DNA from: Nemertoderma westbladi
Taxonomy: Eukaryota > Animalia > Xenacoelomorpha
Direction: 5' to 3'
NCBI GenBank assembly: GCA_032718475.1
Contig: JAUCBJ010001223.1
Span: 1 to 64,000 of the forward strand
Length of the DNA stretch: 64,000 bases
Position numbers and translations under genes: made by a program
Part shown: piece after piece, positions 22,851-36,169 of the stretch
How the letters are laid out: each line of letters starts with the position of its first letter
How positions within the stretch are numbered: position 1 is the first letter of the stretch
The notes under the pieces: generated by a model
Databases searched by the model: none
The model's input: the letters and a program-made list of their open reading frames with translations, nothing else
What the model was told of the DNA's origin: nothing

Positions 22851-25589
22851 GGGGTATTTGTGCCTCTTCCTGCTTGTGTTTGACTGTGTGCCTATGTTAG
22901 TACCATCCATAATTATTTAATCAGGCCACTGGATTTACTTTTTAGATAGTATTTCAACCCCCCAAACTATGTGTCATCCAGTCTGCCCAGTCCGCGTTAG
23001 TCAGAAGTCCATCAGAAGTCTGTCGGGTCAGCGAGGGAATGCAGCAGTTATGCTGCATACCACCCAGTTGGGTCGGCTTTTGTTGGGTGTCTGTCCATCG
23101 GGTCAATGAGGGAATGCAGTAGTTGGGCTGCAGACCACTCCGTCGAGTCAGTGGTAAGTCGACACTCTGCATATCAGCTTGCCCATCGCTATCCCTTTTG
23201 GGTTTGGTCCTAAGGCAAGTTCAGCGGCTTAGCTCGGGGTCTGTCCATCCCTTATGGCACCTTTTGTCAAACATACTCTGACGCCTTTTCAGGCTCGTAC
23301 ATACGCCACCAGTGCACTGTTTGGTTGGTCCTAAGTCCATCCTAGACCTTGTCCCTTACAGCTCCTTTTATAGCACGTACTCCGATGCCTTTTCAGGATC
23401 GTATTCACTCGTGTGTTCTGCAGTCCCTGTCCCTTTCCTCGGCTCGGGCAGTTGTCCCTTTGCACCAGGCTTGGCCTAGGCTAGGCAGTTAGGAAATCTA
23501 CCAAAAGGCAGTGTACTTGATTTCTTGGAACTTCAGGCCCCTTTTTAACCTGGGGGATCTGACAGTTTGTCGTTCTCCGACAAAACTGCCATAAAGGGAG
23601 TAATTTTAATTTTATTAATTTCTAGATTTTTGCCCATGGTGCCTGGGACTTTTTGGATTATTCATATTATAGACTATGAATTTAATATATGCCTGGCACC
23701 AAAAATGGAAATAATGCGAACACTCAAATGACCCTTCGCAGTGTAATTTTTTTTGGAGCTGAGGGGGGCATTTAACTAACTGAAATACACAGGTTAAAAG
23801 TCCCACTAATCAACAATAATCAGTCCATCCAAAAATTTCAACTTCGATCCTTTGACGGTTAACGAAGTTAATCCAGAGCTTCTGGTAATTCTGTCGGGAA
23901 TTGAAAATGTAAACTCACCGAACGGTTTTTCAAAGGTAACAAAAATGACACACTCGGCAAAAAATAAGCTTAAAAATAAAAGTGAAAAGGGAACTAAAGG
24001 TGGTAGTGGCCCTTTAGGTGCCTTCTTCCTCCTTTCCCAACCAACAACGAATGGAGTGACAATGAACAAGAAGTCTCCGAGCCACAAGGCGAAAACGATA
24101 ACGTTGAGGGAATGTCCACCCCCTTAGGGGATGACGAACACAACAAGGTCTTTGGAGATGATTTGATTTTTCCCCCCGACAGTGCTGGTGGGATGGGTGG
24201 TAAACCCTCAGTATACAAACCCCACCAATCTCGACAAACTACTATTGAGCGAAGAATCTCTAATTAGGAACTTGGGAAACCAAATGAACACCAGATGAAC
24301 ATGCTTTGAGGTGACATGAAACTTCAGGTTCCTGAAATTAAGGAACATATAGTGACCCTAAAAAGAAAATTTCGAAAAATCAAAAGCGTCACTCTCGTGG
24401 TTAGCTGAAAGACTCGAACTTCCTCTACCCATTGTAGCAGACTTTCACAAGAATTTCCGGAAAGATAAACGCCCCACTATTCATTCGTTTCATTCAGTTG
24501 GATGAGGTAATGGCATGGTCACAGGCACTTAGTAATAAGAAAACTTCCCTGATTATTACACTTTTGTTTTGCTAAAAAAAATCTGATGGCTCAATGCTCA
24601 CTCCACAGTCCACAGATGGATCCCAAGTTTCCAACAATCCCTGCCGCCATTAAGATACTGTCTAGAGCAAGTAATGAAGGAGTAGCATGGCTCAACATCC
24701 CAAAATCCAACGAGGCAGATCAAACGGTTCGACAAAAGGTTCCACAGATCCCGAGCTCAGCACCACAGGAAGGATACGCCATTCACAGAGAAAGCAAAGG
24801 GTTCGCAGGGAGTCGAGAAAGACAACGAGGTCAATAACTAGGTCAATAACGAGGTCCGTTCTCGTGACAGCCCAATGCCAATATCAGAGACAGCACGCAC
24901 CGGGCGGATGAGGGTTACAATCCTCCAATTGGGGATACAATCCTCAGGATGGAAATAGATACTAGGGAGGTGGTTATAGTAACGGCCATAAAGGACGCAT
25001 GAACGGAAGGGATGGTAGGTACTACAGTAGTTTATATTAAATTCGTTTAGGTGAACCCCTATATACTCATTTAGGAATATTCCCATTTATATTGGTCTAT
25101 ATTCCCGAATTTACAGATACTTTTGAAATAGGTTAATTGACTAATCTCATTGTCAGATTTAGCAGTCTAAGGTAGAATACATTAATCTGATGCAGAATCC
25201 AAGTACGAACTGGGTCTCTCTGCACTAGCAAATGGCAGGCCTCAGTTATTTTTGTTTTTTTTAGTTTTTGTATTTAGTCAGAGTTGTTGTTGTAGTTGTT
25301 TTTTTTTTTTTTGTTTCACATTACAAAAGAATAAGTGTGTGACTTATGTGTGGAAATAATCCTGCCAAAAGCATTATTTATTTTATCGGCAGAGAACTGA
25401 TTGAACTCCATTATGATTATAGTGAACAAATACAGCTCGATTTCTGCTTTTCCTCATTTTTTTATTGAAATTCCGTATTGTGTTAGTATTGAATTTAAAT
25501 ACTTTTTTTTGTTCCGCCTTAAAAATACCACTCCATCTCTCCACAATAATTGTGTAAGTGATTTATGAGTTACTCGAGTGCATCTCCTT

Positions 25590-27900
25590 TAGTTCGGAAA
25601 TGTTTCGACAAGTTGTCAGGTTGATGAAGAAATATCATAGAAACCTTGTCCAACGGGAAATAAAAAAAGCGAAATCTGAATATTTGTACAACAAAATAAG
25701 TGAGAATAAAGATAATCCAAAAAGTCTATGGTCTACCCTAAAATCTTTAGGTTATAAAAACCTTAAATCTAAATCGAATATTGTTCTGCAAGATAACGGT
25801 GAGCTGATTCATGATCATACTCTAGTTAGTAATTTATTTAATAATTATTTTACTAATGTTGCCTCTAATTTAGTTAAGAGGTTACCGTTATCAAGTAATA
25901 AATATTGTATAGGGTCCGAAACTCTAAATAATTTTTATTTAGAAAAGTTACAAAATTCAGAAAGTTATTTTTAAAACCCGTTTCTGAGGATTTCGTTTTT
26001 AAAAATCTACTTAGCCTATCAGCCTCAAAAAGTACCGGTCTAGATCTAATACCTGCCCGTTTTCTTAAGGATGGTGCTGAAGTACTTAAAGTGCCTATTA
26101 CTTTTATTATTAATTACTCTATCGTAGATAATGTAGAACCAGACGAACTGAAATTAGCTAAGGTTGTTCCTCTGTATAAAAAGAATAGTAAAGTAGAACC
26201 CTGTAATTACAGACCTGTTAGTATCTTAAGTATTGTATCTAAAATTCTAGAACGTTCTGTTTTTCTACAGCTGGAGGCACATCTTAGTAGGCTAAATCTG
26301 ATCTATGAACTTCAGTCCGGTTTTCGTAAATCATATTCTACAGACACCTGCCTTAATAACTTAACTGATACAATTAGATGTAATAACGCAAAGGGTTTAT
26401 ATACTGGTATGGTAATGTTGGACCTACAAAAGGCTTTCGATACTGTAGATCACGAAATTCTGCTTGGTAAGTTAGGCCTGATGGGTGTAGGTTCTATAGA
26501 CTGGTTCAAGTCCTACCTGTCAGACAGAGGTCAAAGTGTAGTCATTAGCAAATCGCTGTCTACTGTACAAGAGATTACCTGTGGTGTACCGCAAGGTAGT
26601 ATATTAGGTCCTCTGCTTTTTGTATGCTATGTAAATGATATGATAAGTAGTATAGATCCCGATTTTAAACTCATTTTATATGCCGACGACAGTGCTCTTA
26701 TTTTCTCTCATAAAGATCCTATCCATATTTCCCAAAAGTTAAGTGCAGTTCTAGAATCCTGTAATGAGTGGTTGGTTGATAATAAGCTATCCATTCACTA
26801 CGGTAAAACTGAAAGTATTTTGTTTGGTTCCAAAAGAAAGTTAAAGAAGGTAACTAAGTTTGAAGTCACTAGTAATGGACATAAGATTGAAAATAAAAAG
26901 GAAGTTAAATATTTAGGCGCCACATTGGATAACTGCTTATCAGGAGAAAGTACAGTGAAAAATATTTTCTCGAAAGTTAACAGTAGGCTTAGGTTTCTAT
27001 ACAGAAATAAAAATAGTTTAAACACCGACTCCCGCAAGTTACTTTGCTCTTCTTTAATACAGTGTCACATGGACTATGCGTGCTCTTCTTGGTATGAAGG
27101 CTTAACCAAACAGCTTAAATGTAAATTACAAGTAGCTCAGAATAAAGTAGTACGATTTATTAAAGACTACAAACCTAGGCACCACCTAACTCCAGATGAC
27201 TTTTCTGAATCTGGACTACTTAACTTAGATAGTAGAGTTAAGCAGCTACGCCTTAACCATGTGCATAAAGTGTATAATGGTAAATGTCCCAATTACCTAA
27301 AACAAAAATTCAACAGAGTACGCGATACACACTCTTACAGTACCAGAGCTAGTGCTTCAAACTTCTACCTCCCGAATTGTAAATCCTTTGAATCTGATAC
27401 TTTCTTTTTTAACGGCATAAAAAATTGGAACGCTCTGCCTAATGAAATTAATGTTATGAAATTAAAAACCTAAATAATCAACATTCTTTTAAATCTGCAG
27501 TTAAATCTCATCTCCGTGTGCAATGTAAAAATAGGTACAATAGTCCTACAGTAAGTTATTAGTTTATTAATTATTTACTATTTATACTGTACTTACGTTT
27601 TATAATAAATTGTTCTGTACATTACATCTTTACCGTTGAGTCGGGCATTGTCACGCTCTCGGTAAAGTTGTACATGTACATAGTGTAATTACGTTTTATA
27701 TTGGTTTTAGGTTAGCGTAGTGTAATATTGTATTTGTAACCAAGTAACATAAAGGACCCCCTTGGAAATAAGCTGCAAAGCTTTAGGGGTAATCCTATAT
27801 GTTATGTTGGACAATACCTTTACCTTTATACCGGTACATTGTTTGGTGTATTTGTTATTGTTTTTACATAATGTATAAATAAATCTATCTATCTATCTAT
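25590..27900 (+). mobile_element. 5'-truncated CR1/L2-group LINE (ORF2 RT and 3' UTR)
   Basis: ORFs 25558-25974 and 26091-27473 with [48 protein letters not shown]. Ends AATAAA followed by (TATC)n. Confidence 0.93.
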
Positions 27901-27944
27901 GATGATCCGATTAACTGAATGCCCTAATAATCTCCTGCAATCAG

Positions 27945-28080
27945 TTATAAATCCCTCAGCAAATAAATCATGTATAACTAACTACTTCGGCCTGCGGCCT
28001 CAGTAGTTATACGATTTATTTGCTTCAGGTTTTATAACCGTATATCACCTTCTGGGACAGGCGATAATCTCTGTATATAA
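27945..28080. repeat. Hairpin-containing DNA-element terminal fragment (Crypton-like, uncertain)
   Basis: gcaaataaatc..tataacta / tagttata..gatttatttgc arms around TCGGCCTGCGGCCTC. Family assignment is from memory of similar motifs only. Confidence 0.3.
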
Positions 28081-28823
28081 TGAATCAACAGTATATGAAT
28101 CAATATCCTTCGTGCACACCATACGCGTTCACAATATTTACCTAAAAGTGGAAGTAGGTGTGCACGGTTATTATGTAGCAAAGTACAACATTAACAAGCA
28201 GTTAAAAAGCTTTGAAACAATTCACTATGCTGTACTGTGTTATTTGCCTACTACTGTTTTAAGTTGTGTTCCGCTACAATTAACACTTAAATTCAGCAGC
28301 AAAAAATACTGTATATTCTAGAACGTTTTATTATTTTCTAAACAACTATAACTAAAATTAATTTTTTGGAAATAATACAACTTGGTATTTTTGTCGTGTT
28401 TAAATAAATTTTTAAAAAATGTAATCTTGGTGAGGCATTGATGGTACCTGAACATGAACACATTATTTTACGATGTATCATTTTGATACCAAATTTAGCC
28501 ATTTATGATATTTTCTTCCAGGTGAAGAGCTAATTTGCACAGATTATAAGTTGAACCAGTTATATAAGATTATAAGTATAAGTATTTTCTACCAGCATGC
28601 CGTCCAAGCCATTATCCAGGAACGCAAGCGTCGTGAGAGATTTATTGACATCCTGCACCCGGATGGGGATTTGCTTTGGTGAAGACTGCATATCTCCTAT
28701 GGACCAAGTTTATCACATTGGAAACATTCATAGTGTCCCTTCTTGGCTGGAACCTGGCTTTGGAACTATAAATTTCATCTTACCTTTTCTTCATCGCTGA
28801 ATTATAGGAGGGTTTCCCAGTTT

Positions 28824-29940
28824 TCATATTATGGGTGTCCCTTGCCTGATGCATTTCTCATCAAAATGGTAGCGTTGAGAAGTCGAAAGTACCAGGGATG
28901 TGTAGCAACATCTGGTGGTGATTGTCACTACATATTGCACAGCACGATTGTTTTTACATGCCCGCATGTAATGTCCAGTGCCTAGGCACTTGAAACATTC
29001 TTGGTGCTTCATTACAGTTTCGAAGCGGGGCACCAACTCCGCGTATTTGAACTTTTGGCAGAATTCGACTGAGTGATTGTCTCCACAGAATATGCAAGTA
29101 GGGACTCGTGGATTCCCTCTCATTTGGGCGCCCAATCGGCGAAGAAGGGTGCCCATTCTTCAGGCATCTCTGATTCATCCTCGTCCTCCTCATGATCTTC
29201 GGATCCGTAGATGGCCATGGTACTACTGGGCTCATGGAACCTGGGTTTGAGGGTGGGAATTCATGCAGTAGTCTGCCCCCCATCCAACTTTGCTAGACTT
29301 TGTTTAGAGAATATAGAGTCGTTCATGGCCTCGGAAACGTCGTCGAGGAATCTCAACATCTCGAGATAACTCAGATCGCTATCCAGATGACGTCTATGTA
29401 AATCAAAACATCTGTATGCCAATTTGGTCTGCAACCATGCGTTTTACTTGGTCCTCTTTCTTCAGAGGTTTTAGGCCGTAATATGCCTCCTTCATGGAGT
29501 CCGGACAATTGCGACCCGGACAATTGCGACCCGGACAATTGCGACCAGGACAATTGCGACCCGGTCAATTGCGACCCATGTTTTTAAATAAAAATTTTGG
29601 GTCGCAATTGTCCGGATCACAATTGTCCGGGTCGCAATTGTCAATGATATACAATGATACAATGATATTTATCAATGATATACATTACATTTTTTTATCT
29701 GGATCCGGACAATTGCGACCCGGACAATTGCGACCCGGACAATTGCGACCCGGACAATTGCGACCCGGACAATTGCAACCCGGACAATTGTCCAGGTCGC
29801 AATTGTCCTAACATCCTCCTTCATTGAGTTAGAGAACTCCAGGATGTTTTGAGAATCACCCAGCAAACCTGCATCATGGACCAGTCTTTCAAGAGTTTTA
29901 TTAACCTCCTCCTTTTTATTAATCTCTCTTATTAACGGAT
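28824..29940 (-). pseudogene. Old Bel/Pao gag fragment
   Basis: CIFCGDNHSVEFCQKF...CFKCLGTGHYMRAC knuckles. Interrupted by the MITE at 29496; right boundary approximate. Confidence 0.75.
29496..29816. mobile_element. MITE built from 15-bp GGACAATTGCGACCC repeats in both orientations (Mutator-like)
   Basis: GGA...TCC ends, TSD TCCTTCAT (29488-29495 and 29817-29824, extendable to 9-10 bp). Confidence 0.75.
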
Positions 29941-30221
29941 TAGCCTCCTTGGTTTATCACCGAGATATTGTGAGACATAAACGAGCTTTTATTTATTATT
30001 TTAATATTAGTTTAATACCTAATAATTTTTGTATTTTATTTAGGACTATTTTCTTAATTTTCGTGATACTTTTTTTGTAATTACTTATACAATCCATTGA
30101 TGCATTGAAACCGTCATGTTCTAGTGGCCTGGTGGGGGATTAATACTCGTTAACAATTTAAATCCGATAATTAATTTGAATATTCTTGTTGATTACCTAT
30201 TCTTTTTATTTTTTGCCACAG

Positions 30222-31054
30222 TGAATAGAGCAGATGGGGAATTTATCATACCTGTGTCAACCATTACCACCACAATATCCGGACACGAAGCAACCTGTGG
30301 CTATGACTTTGTGCCGATGGCATACCCTTATGATCATCAAACCATGCGTTCTATAATAGAAGCAGCTGACTATTGTAACCAAACCATAGTCGTGCATATG
30401 GAACTGATTTGGGCTTCAGATATGTGCTTGGTGGACCAGCAAGATATTCGATACACCTTCAATGATTGGTTTAACGGCTCTCCAAATTGTCACCAGGCGG
30501 CTAACTGCGATGAGACCATCTTTATTGATGACAAGAATTTATTGCCATTGAAGATGTTTCAAGTAGGAGATACTGGAGATGTCAGTGAAATGGTATATTT
30601 TAAAGATGTTGGTGACATCTACTGCAGATTCAGCAACTGGGAATCGATCCCTGCAGAAATCTCAAACGAAGTTGTTCAAGGGGAGGATGTTCCATGCAGT
30701 TATCCGATAAGTGTCACCTATCCATTCGACCTTCCCGCTATCAAATATATCATGTCCTTATCCAATCTCTGCATCCAAAATGCTGCTTTTACTTCTACCC
30801 AGGTACACACGCCATCGATATGTTATGCCACAGATTGGCTTGATGTCCTACTTGGTGTACCACTGGAATTCGCCTTCTCAGATGATGGTGGTGGTGGTGC
30901 TCGATGCAACCAGTCCCCGACTCCTTGCAAGCAGTATGCAATCAACATCAACAAGTCCCCGATAGTCGAGCTACGTATAGGAGATACAGGCGATGCTGGA
31001 GAAATCGTCCACAGTGAAGATGTTGGTCCCATATACTGCCTACCTCCATCGTAG
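30222..31054 (+). CDS. Host gene terminal exon with two tandem CASPR/neurexin-IV-like fibrinogen-related modules
   Basis: Acceptor ttttgccacag|, phase 1, open to TAG. Two copies of YP.D...I...C.Q...(L/S)P....GDTGD..E.V...DVG.IYC. Confidence 0.75.
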
Positions 31055-33699
31055 ATAGTGGACAAACTCTCATTCTCCTAGTATCGACTCGGGAAGTATA
31101 AATAATTCATTATAATGATATTATTATATTATTATAAATTATATTATTATTTAATCATATCTTCACGATAATTATCATTTGTTGTGCACATCTTAAAAAG
31201 TCGATATACATTTTTGCATCTGAATGGGATAGAGCAGTTCTATATCTAGTTCTAACTATTTCGATAGAAGCACAATTAAATAATCAAAAGGGGGATCCAA
31301 TGAATCATATACCTCATGAGTCTTTAATAAGCTGTTATCAACCATGGAATGCTATACTAGGCGGGTGCGTTTTTTACTTTTTTCGATTTCATTGTTCTAC
31401 CGGTGCACAAAAGTTGCCAAATGGTAAAAACATAAAGCAAAAAAAATTTCTTTAAGTTTCGTCTATGTCTTCACTGATCCCAAGATGGTTGAAATTTTGT
31501 GCCATCACGATGCACCATAATGCAATTTATAACAATATAACACATTGATGAAAGATCAATGACTCAAAAAAGAACTTCCTGCATGCATCAAATGTCATCA
31601 AATATGTCCAAACTTAGTTAGATACCAAAATTTTAATTTTTGGAACAAGGGAAGTAGTGCCACAGGCACATGACCAGAACCTACTCTTTGGCGCAAGTGA
31701 TGATTATTCTCAATTTTGGTGATGGACAACTTTTAGTTCTCCTACGGCATTATTATTCTCTCCGCTATGCTGCGAACAAATTCTTATTTTATTTTATTAA
31801 TTACAGTCATAAATACGAATTTGCATACTAATTACTAGATATTCCAGAATACGTACTTCTAATTTATTGCGTACTGGGTTATACTAGCAACAGCCTAAAT
31901 ACTGTATTATTTTGACCTAATTAGCAATTAATAAGCATAAACTAAGAAATGGAAATCAATCAAGGGAAAGTCGCCTATCTAAGCATTCACATTTCAGAAG
32001 CAGGCACTCTTTAGCAACACAACACAAATAGCGTAGCAATAAGTTAGTAGTACGGCAGATAGCGCGAACTACACCAATCAGCTAGTGCACTAAATACCCG
32101 TACGTTAGTACATCAGTATACCAGTATTAGTCATCCAATCAGTCAGTGTAAGAACCACAGGCCACCCAAAGCCACACATAGGACTCCTAACTAAACCCAA
32201 ATTCTGCCCCCCTAAAACTACAAAAGTAGAGCCGGAAATCTGGATCGTCAGCCCCCTAATACTGTAACAGCGGCTGGTCCCCGGTCCTCAACTGACTAGC
32301 CCCGACCTCAACGGTGGCCCCCCGCCAGCGTCGCCCTGCTTTGGATCCTCTGCACTCCCTTCCGTCGCTTCCCCCCGGTGCACCCGCCGCGCCTACCGGT
32401 ACCTTAGCCCTCCATTAGACTAAATAAGTACCATATCGGCGCATGCATTTGCAAACAGTCTGACAGTCTGTAGAAAACCCTGTAGGATTATCGCATCTCA
32501 ATCGCATAGAAATCAGTAATTAAGGGTGGAAATCATAGTTCGAAGATTGTAATCAGCAGTAATCATGTCAAATGTGCGTAATTTAAGAAAATACAGCAAA
32601 GAATATACATCAGAAATCACACAGAAGCAGAATAATGAATTACAAAGGGGAAATGCAGGGTAAATTGCAGGTACACAACACATACCGGAAACACAGCCAA
32701 TTTATAGGTGATTCATCAAGGATGATGCAATAATCCTCTCATTGGTTCCCCAATTAGCGCTCCCATTAGACCAACCTGAAATAGCTAGGCCAATAAGGAA
32801 GCCGGATTGTGAACCTAATGGCTCCCAGAATCACAAATTATTACCATATATGGTAATGGTTGCGTTACTTAATTTCACGATACTAAAAGCACAGTATATA
32901 CAATCTAATTTAGCGCCAATTTAAAGCAAATATTACGGAAATTAATGCAAATACATAACAGCAAGCTTGCATCAAGTTTTTTATAGGAAACTTGCTACCA
33001 TAAAAACTATTTATTTATATTTTATTACAAAATTACGTACGTAGGGCTACATACTATACAAAAATGGATAAGATTCACAAATATGGATATTTTATTTTCC
33101 TTATCTAACTATGATTGTATGTCATTACGGCTTATCTAAATATCTATAGTGTATAACAGGCTGATAATGGTACACAGCGCCATATATCATAACAGGGTTG
33201 ATGTTACCATGTTAGGGCCCATACACCTATCGGCCTATACACCTACCGTCCTTCCTCTCCGGTTGCTCGTAGCAATGCTTCTTCTATTCTCCTCACTTCT
33301 TCTCTCTTCAGTGTAGCGATCCCCTTCGTGAGATCTCTCTTCGACCTCCCAGATAAACTCCACTGTTCTTCTTCCGTCTTCCGACTGGGCTCGACGTCTT
33401 GTCGCTTGCCCACTCACGGCGCCAACCTCTCTCCCTCTAGCCGGTTGGATGCTCCTGGGGATACTCGTAATCCCCCTACTATTCTCTGTCATCAGGTGTC
33501 GCGGTTCACCTAACTCGCCCCGCGCATTATCCACCGACGCTTTTGGGACATTCGCTGCCTCCCCCCCCCCCTCTCGCCACTAATCTCTCGTGGTGGGGTG
33601 CCCGTAGCCCCCCCCCCCCCCCCCCCCATTCGCCACCTCTTACTTCGCTACCTCTTACTTCACTTCTATGCCCCTTTCTAGTCGACGCACTATCTCTAC

Positions 33700-33895
33700 C
33701 CCGGCTGGGTCTACTCACCCCCGCCTCCCCCTGTGCGACTGCGTGGCCTTGCAGGCTCCCTTCGGGTTGACTCACCCCCGCTACTCCCTGCGTAACTACG
33801 TGGCCTTGCAGGCTCCCGTCGGGTTGACTCACCCCCGCTACTCCCTGCGTAACTACGTGGCCTTGCAGGCTCCCATCGGGTTGACTCATCCCCAC
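33700..33895 (-). repeat. 60-bp coding minisatellite (3+ copies) in element B gag
   Basis: Repeated gactcacccccgctactccctgcgtaactacgtggccttgcaggctccc, giving a SQPDGSLQGHVVTQGVAGV-type repeat. Confidence 0.85.
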
Positions 33896-35562
33896 TACTT
33901 AAATTATTTTGTTCAGAATTAGGGATATTATTTGGAATATTTTGTACATTTAAATTATAATTATTTGGATTATTTTGCACACTCAAATCAGAATTATTAT
34001 TACCGGGTAAAATATTATTTCCTGCAACAAAGGTTTGAGTAGGGTTGTCTACTACGGTACTATTAATATAATATTAATTCCTTCTAACGTATTATTAGTC
34101 CCCCCCCCCCCCCCCCCCCCCCCCGTACGGTTACAACAGTCCTGGGTCTGTCGTCCAGTGCCTGTAAGTGGGGTATTAACAAACGTTTCCATTACTTCTG
34201 GCTCCTTATAAATACTACCCAAACCAGCCTCACTCTCCGATAATCCCAACTTTGCCAGTTCTAACTGGTGCTTTTACTTCTCCTGGTATTGCATAAGTCC
34301 CCTCAACCGGGTATGCATATCATTCCGCATACGCTTTCCCACTCTCTCTCTATCCTCTCTCAAACTTTGGTTTGCCAATTCCATCTCTCTCGCCTCCCGC
34401 TCTCTACCCTCGTTCTCTACTCTCGCCTCCTGCTCTCTACATTCGTTCGTTTCCCTCTCTACCCTCGCTACCTCTCTCGTTTCTCGCTCTTTGCGCTCAT
34501 TCTCTATTCTCGCCTCCCACTCCTCGCACTCATTTGTCTCTCTCTCTCTCTTCCCGCTCCCTACAGTTTCTCGCCACCCTCTCGGCCCTCTCTTTACACT
34601 CTCTTGATAACTCTCTCTCGTTCTCTAATAATGTGGTTCCCTCGTCTAGTTGCCTCTCTAACTCCTTCTGATCCAGCGCCACAAGGTCTAGTTGATACGC
34701 CAGATCTATCTCTAACACCCTTCTTGCTTTTGCGGAGGTTGTAGCAGACTTATCGGTCGCGACGGACTCCCGTCGCCTCTCTGTCCTACTAACTTTCCCC
34801 CGCTTTCTAGGGTTCTCGCTGACTGACGACACCGAATCCTCGGGGTTAACCTCGGGTTCACCATCATGCGGATCTGCCCATCCCACTAACTTAATTCCCC
34901 TAGCATCCACTAAGAAAGACCCTACGTACACTACGTCTGGCTCCACTACCCCGGACCGCCACAATATAAACAGTTCCGTGGCGACCCCCCTCGCTCTCTC
35001 ACTCGCCAGTTCTCCCTGTCCAAAATGGACTAAATAGCAAAAATGTTTATTCGACTCACCTAGCCTCTGGTATAGTTTAGGCTGGTCTACCTTTCTCCCC
35101 TCCTTGTCCTCCTTAAGTAATTTCTTGGTGGCGTTGTAGGCCCGTCGTAGCTGATCACTCGTCCCGACGTCCTCTTCGCCGACTCTGCCTTCTCTCCTCG
35201 TCCGGCGTCGTACCGGCAGCCCCACCGTCGCCGTTCCGGTGGGCTGTCCGTCGCCCTCGGCCTGTGGCTGGCCGGCGACTTTGGTACTCCAACCGCCGTC
35301 ATCGTCGCGCATCGACTCGTCTCCCTCTCTCCTCCGTAGTTGACGGCCGCCCTCCGCTTGGGCTGCCGGATCGTCCCTTGTCAGCGAATCCGGTGTGGCA
35401 GGCCAATACCGTCTCGTCGCGGCCTCACGGATCGTTTGGTTGGTGTCGTCCGGGGTCAGCGGTGGCGTCCTCTTTCCCTCTGGATCTCGGGGCTCCTGAT
35501 CGCTCATCCTGTTCTTTTTGGCAGTCACAGCTTGTTGTCAGTTGGTCAGTTTATGACTCAGC

Positions 35563-35572
35563 AGTTTATGAC
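35563..35572 (-). promoter_or_regulatory. Non-tRNA primer-binding site of element B (GTCATAAACT), complementary to its own LTR
   Basis: Abuts the LTR, no TGG; pairs with minus-strand AGTTTATGAC at 35815-35806. A second copy lies at 35548-35557. Confidence 0.6.
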
Positions 35573-36166
35573 TGTGACGGGATCTATAAGATCCCGACCG
35601 GGTTAGATTTGTACGCGTCACCGTTCTGCTGGGCAGTCGTGCTAGTTTGCTTTGGCCATAGGCCATTGGGGAAAACAATAAGGGTTTCTGTTGTTTCTCA
35701 ATATTGATAGATCAAACGATAATAGCACAATCGGTCAATTGGTAATAATACAGATGTAATAGCAGAAAATACACAGATTGATTGCTGATGTTAGTGGCGG
35801 TGACGGTCATAAACTATGACTGGTCTGCAACTGAGTAACTGAATGAACTGACCGGTAAATCAGTAATGCAGGATAATATATGATCAACACAGATGGATAT
35901 TGATTTCACATCTTACTGTACTTAGCCCTCTGTACCCAATGGATGCTTTCCTATCTCTATCACGTGCTTCCCTCCCCGCTATTGGCTAATATACTAATTG
36001 TCACTTTGGCACTCCCTGTGAGTGTTTCCCCGCGCTGCTATCCTCTACTAGATGTTCTCCCTCCCAGGTGGTTTGACCTCTCTCTGTGGCTTTGGGGCTT
36101 GTGTCGCCCCCCCCCCCCCCCCCCCAATGTTGGTTATGAGGCGAGATTAATATTGGTAATCTCACA
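35573..36166 (-). repeat. 5' LTR of element B (~594 bp)
   Basis: TGTGA...TCACA termini; starts TGTGACGGGATC like the 595-bp LTR at 56174 and shares the cccccaat.ttg.ttat segment. Right end inferred, since no paired LTR is available. Confidence 0.7.
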
Positions 36167-36169
36167 TCC

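Larger units (their letters stand above)
33230..36166 (-). mobile_element. Truncated Bel/Pao element B (5' LTR + gag N-terminus)
   Basis: ORF 34530-35528 has VNPEDSVSSV followed by a coiled coil, typical of Bel/Pao gag N-termini. Its LTR begins like that of element C. No second LTR seen; left boundary approximate. Confidence 0.75.

Noticed and set aside
23990-24910. Possible decayed Gypsy-like gag
   Set aside because: Coding-like composition but no diagnostic motif or LTR could be verified.
28522-28682. Additional host exon after ttttcttccag
   Set aside because: No recognisable domain, the phase-1 frame runs into a stop, and no convincing donor was found.
29371-29866. ORFs with GQLRP, SQLSG or VAIVR repeats
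   Set aside because: Artefacts of the stop-free 15-bp MITE repeats.
31840-33230. Second LTR of element B
   Set aside because: No copy of the TGTGACGGGATC... LTR sequence found here; origin of this stretch is unresolved.
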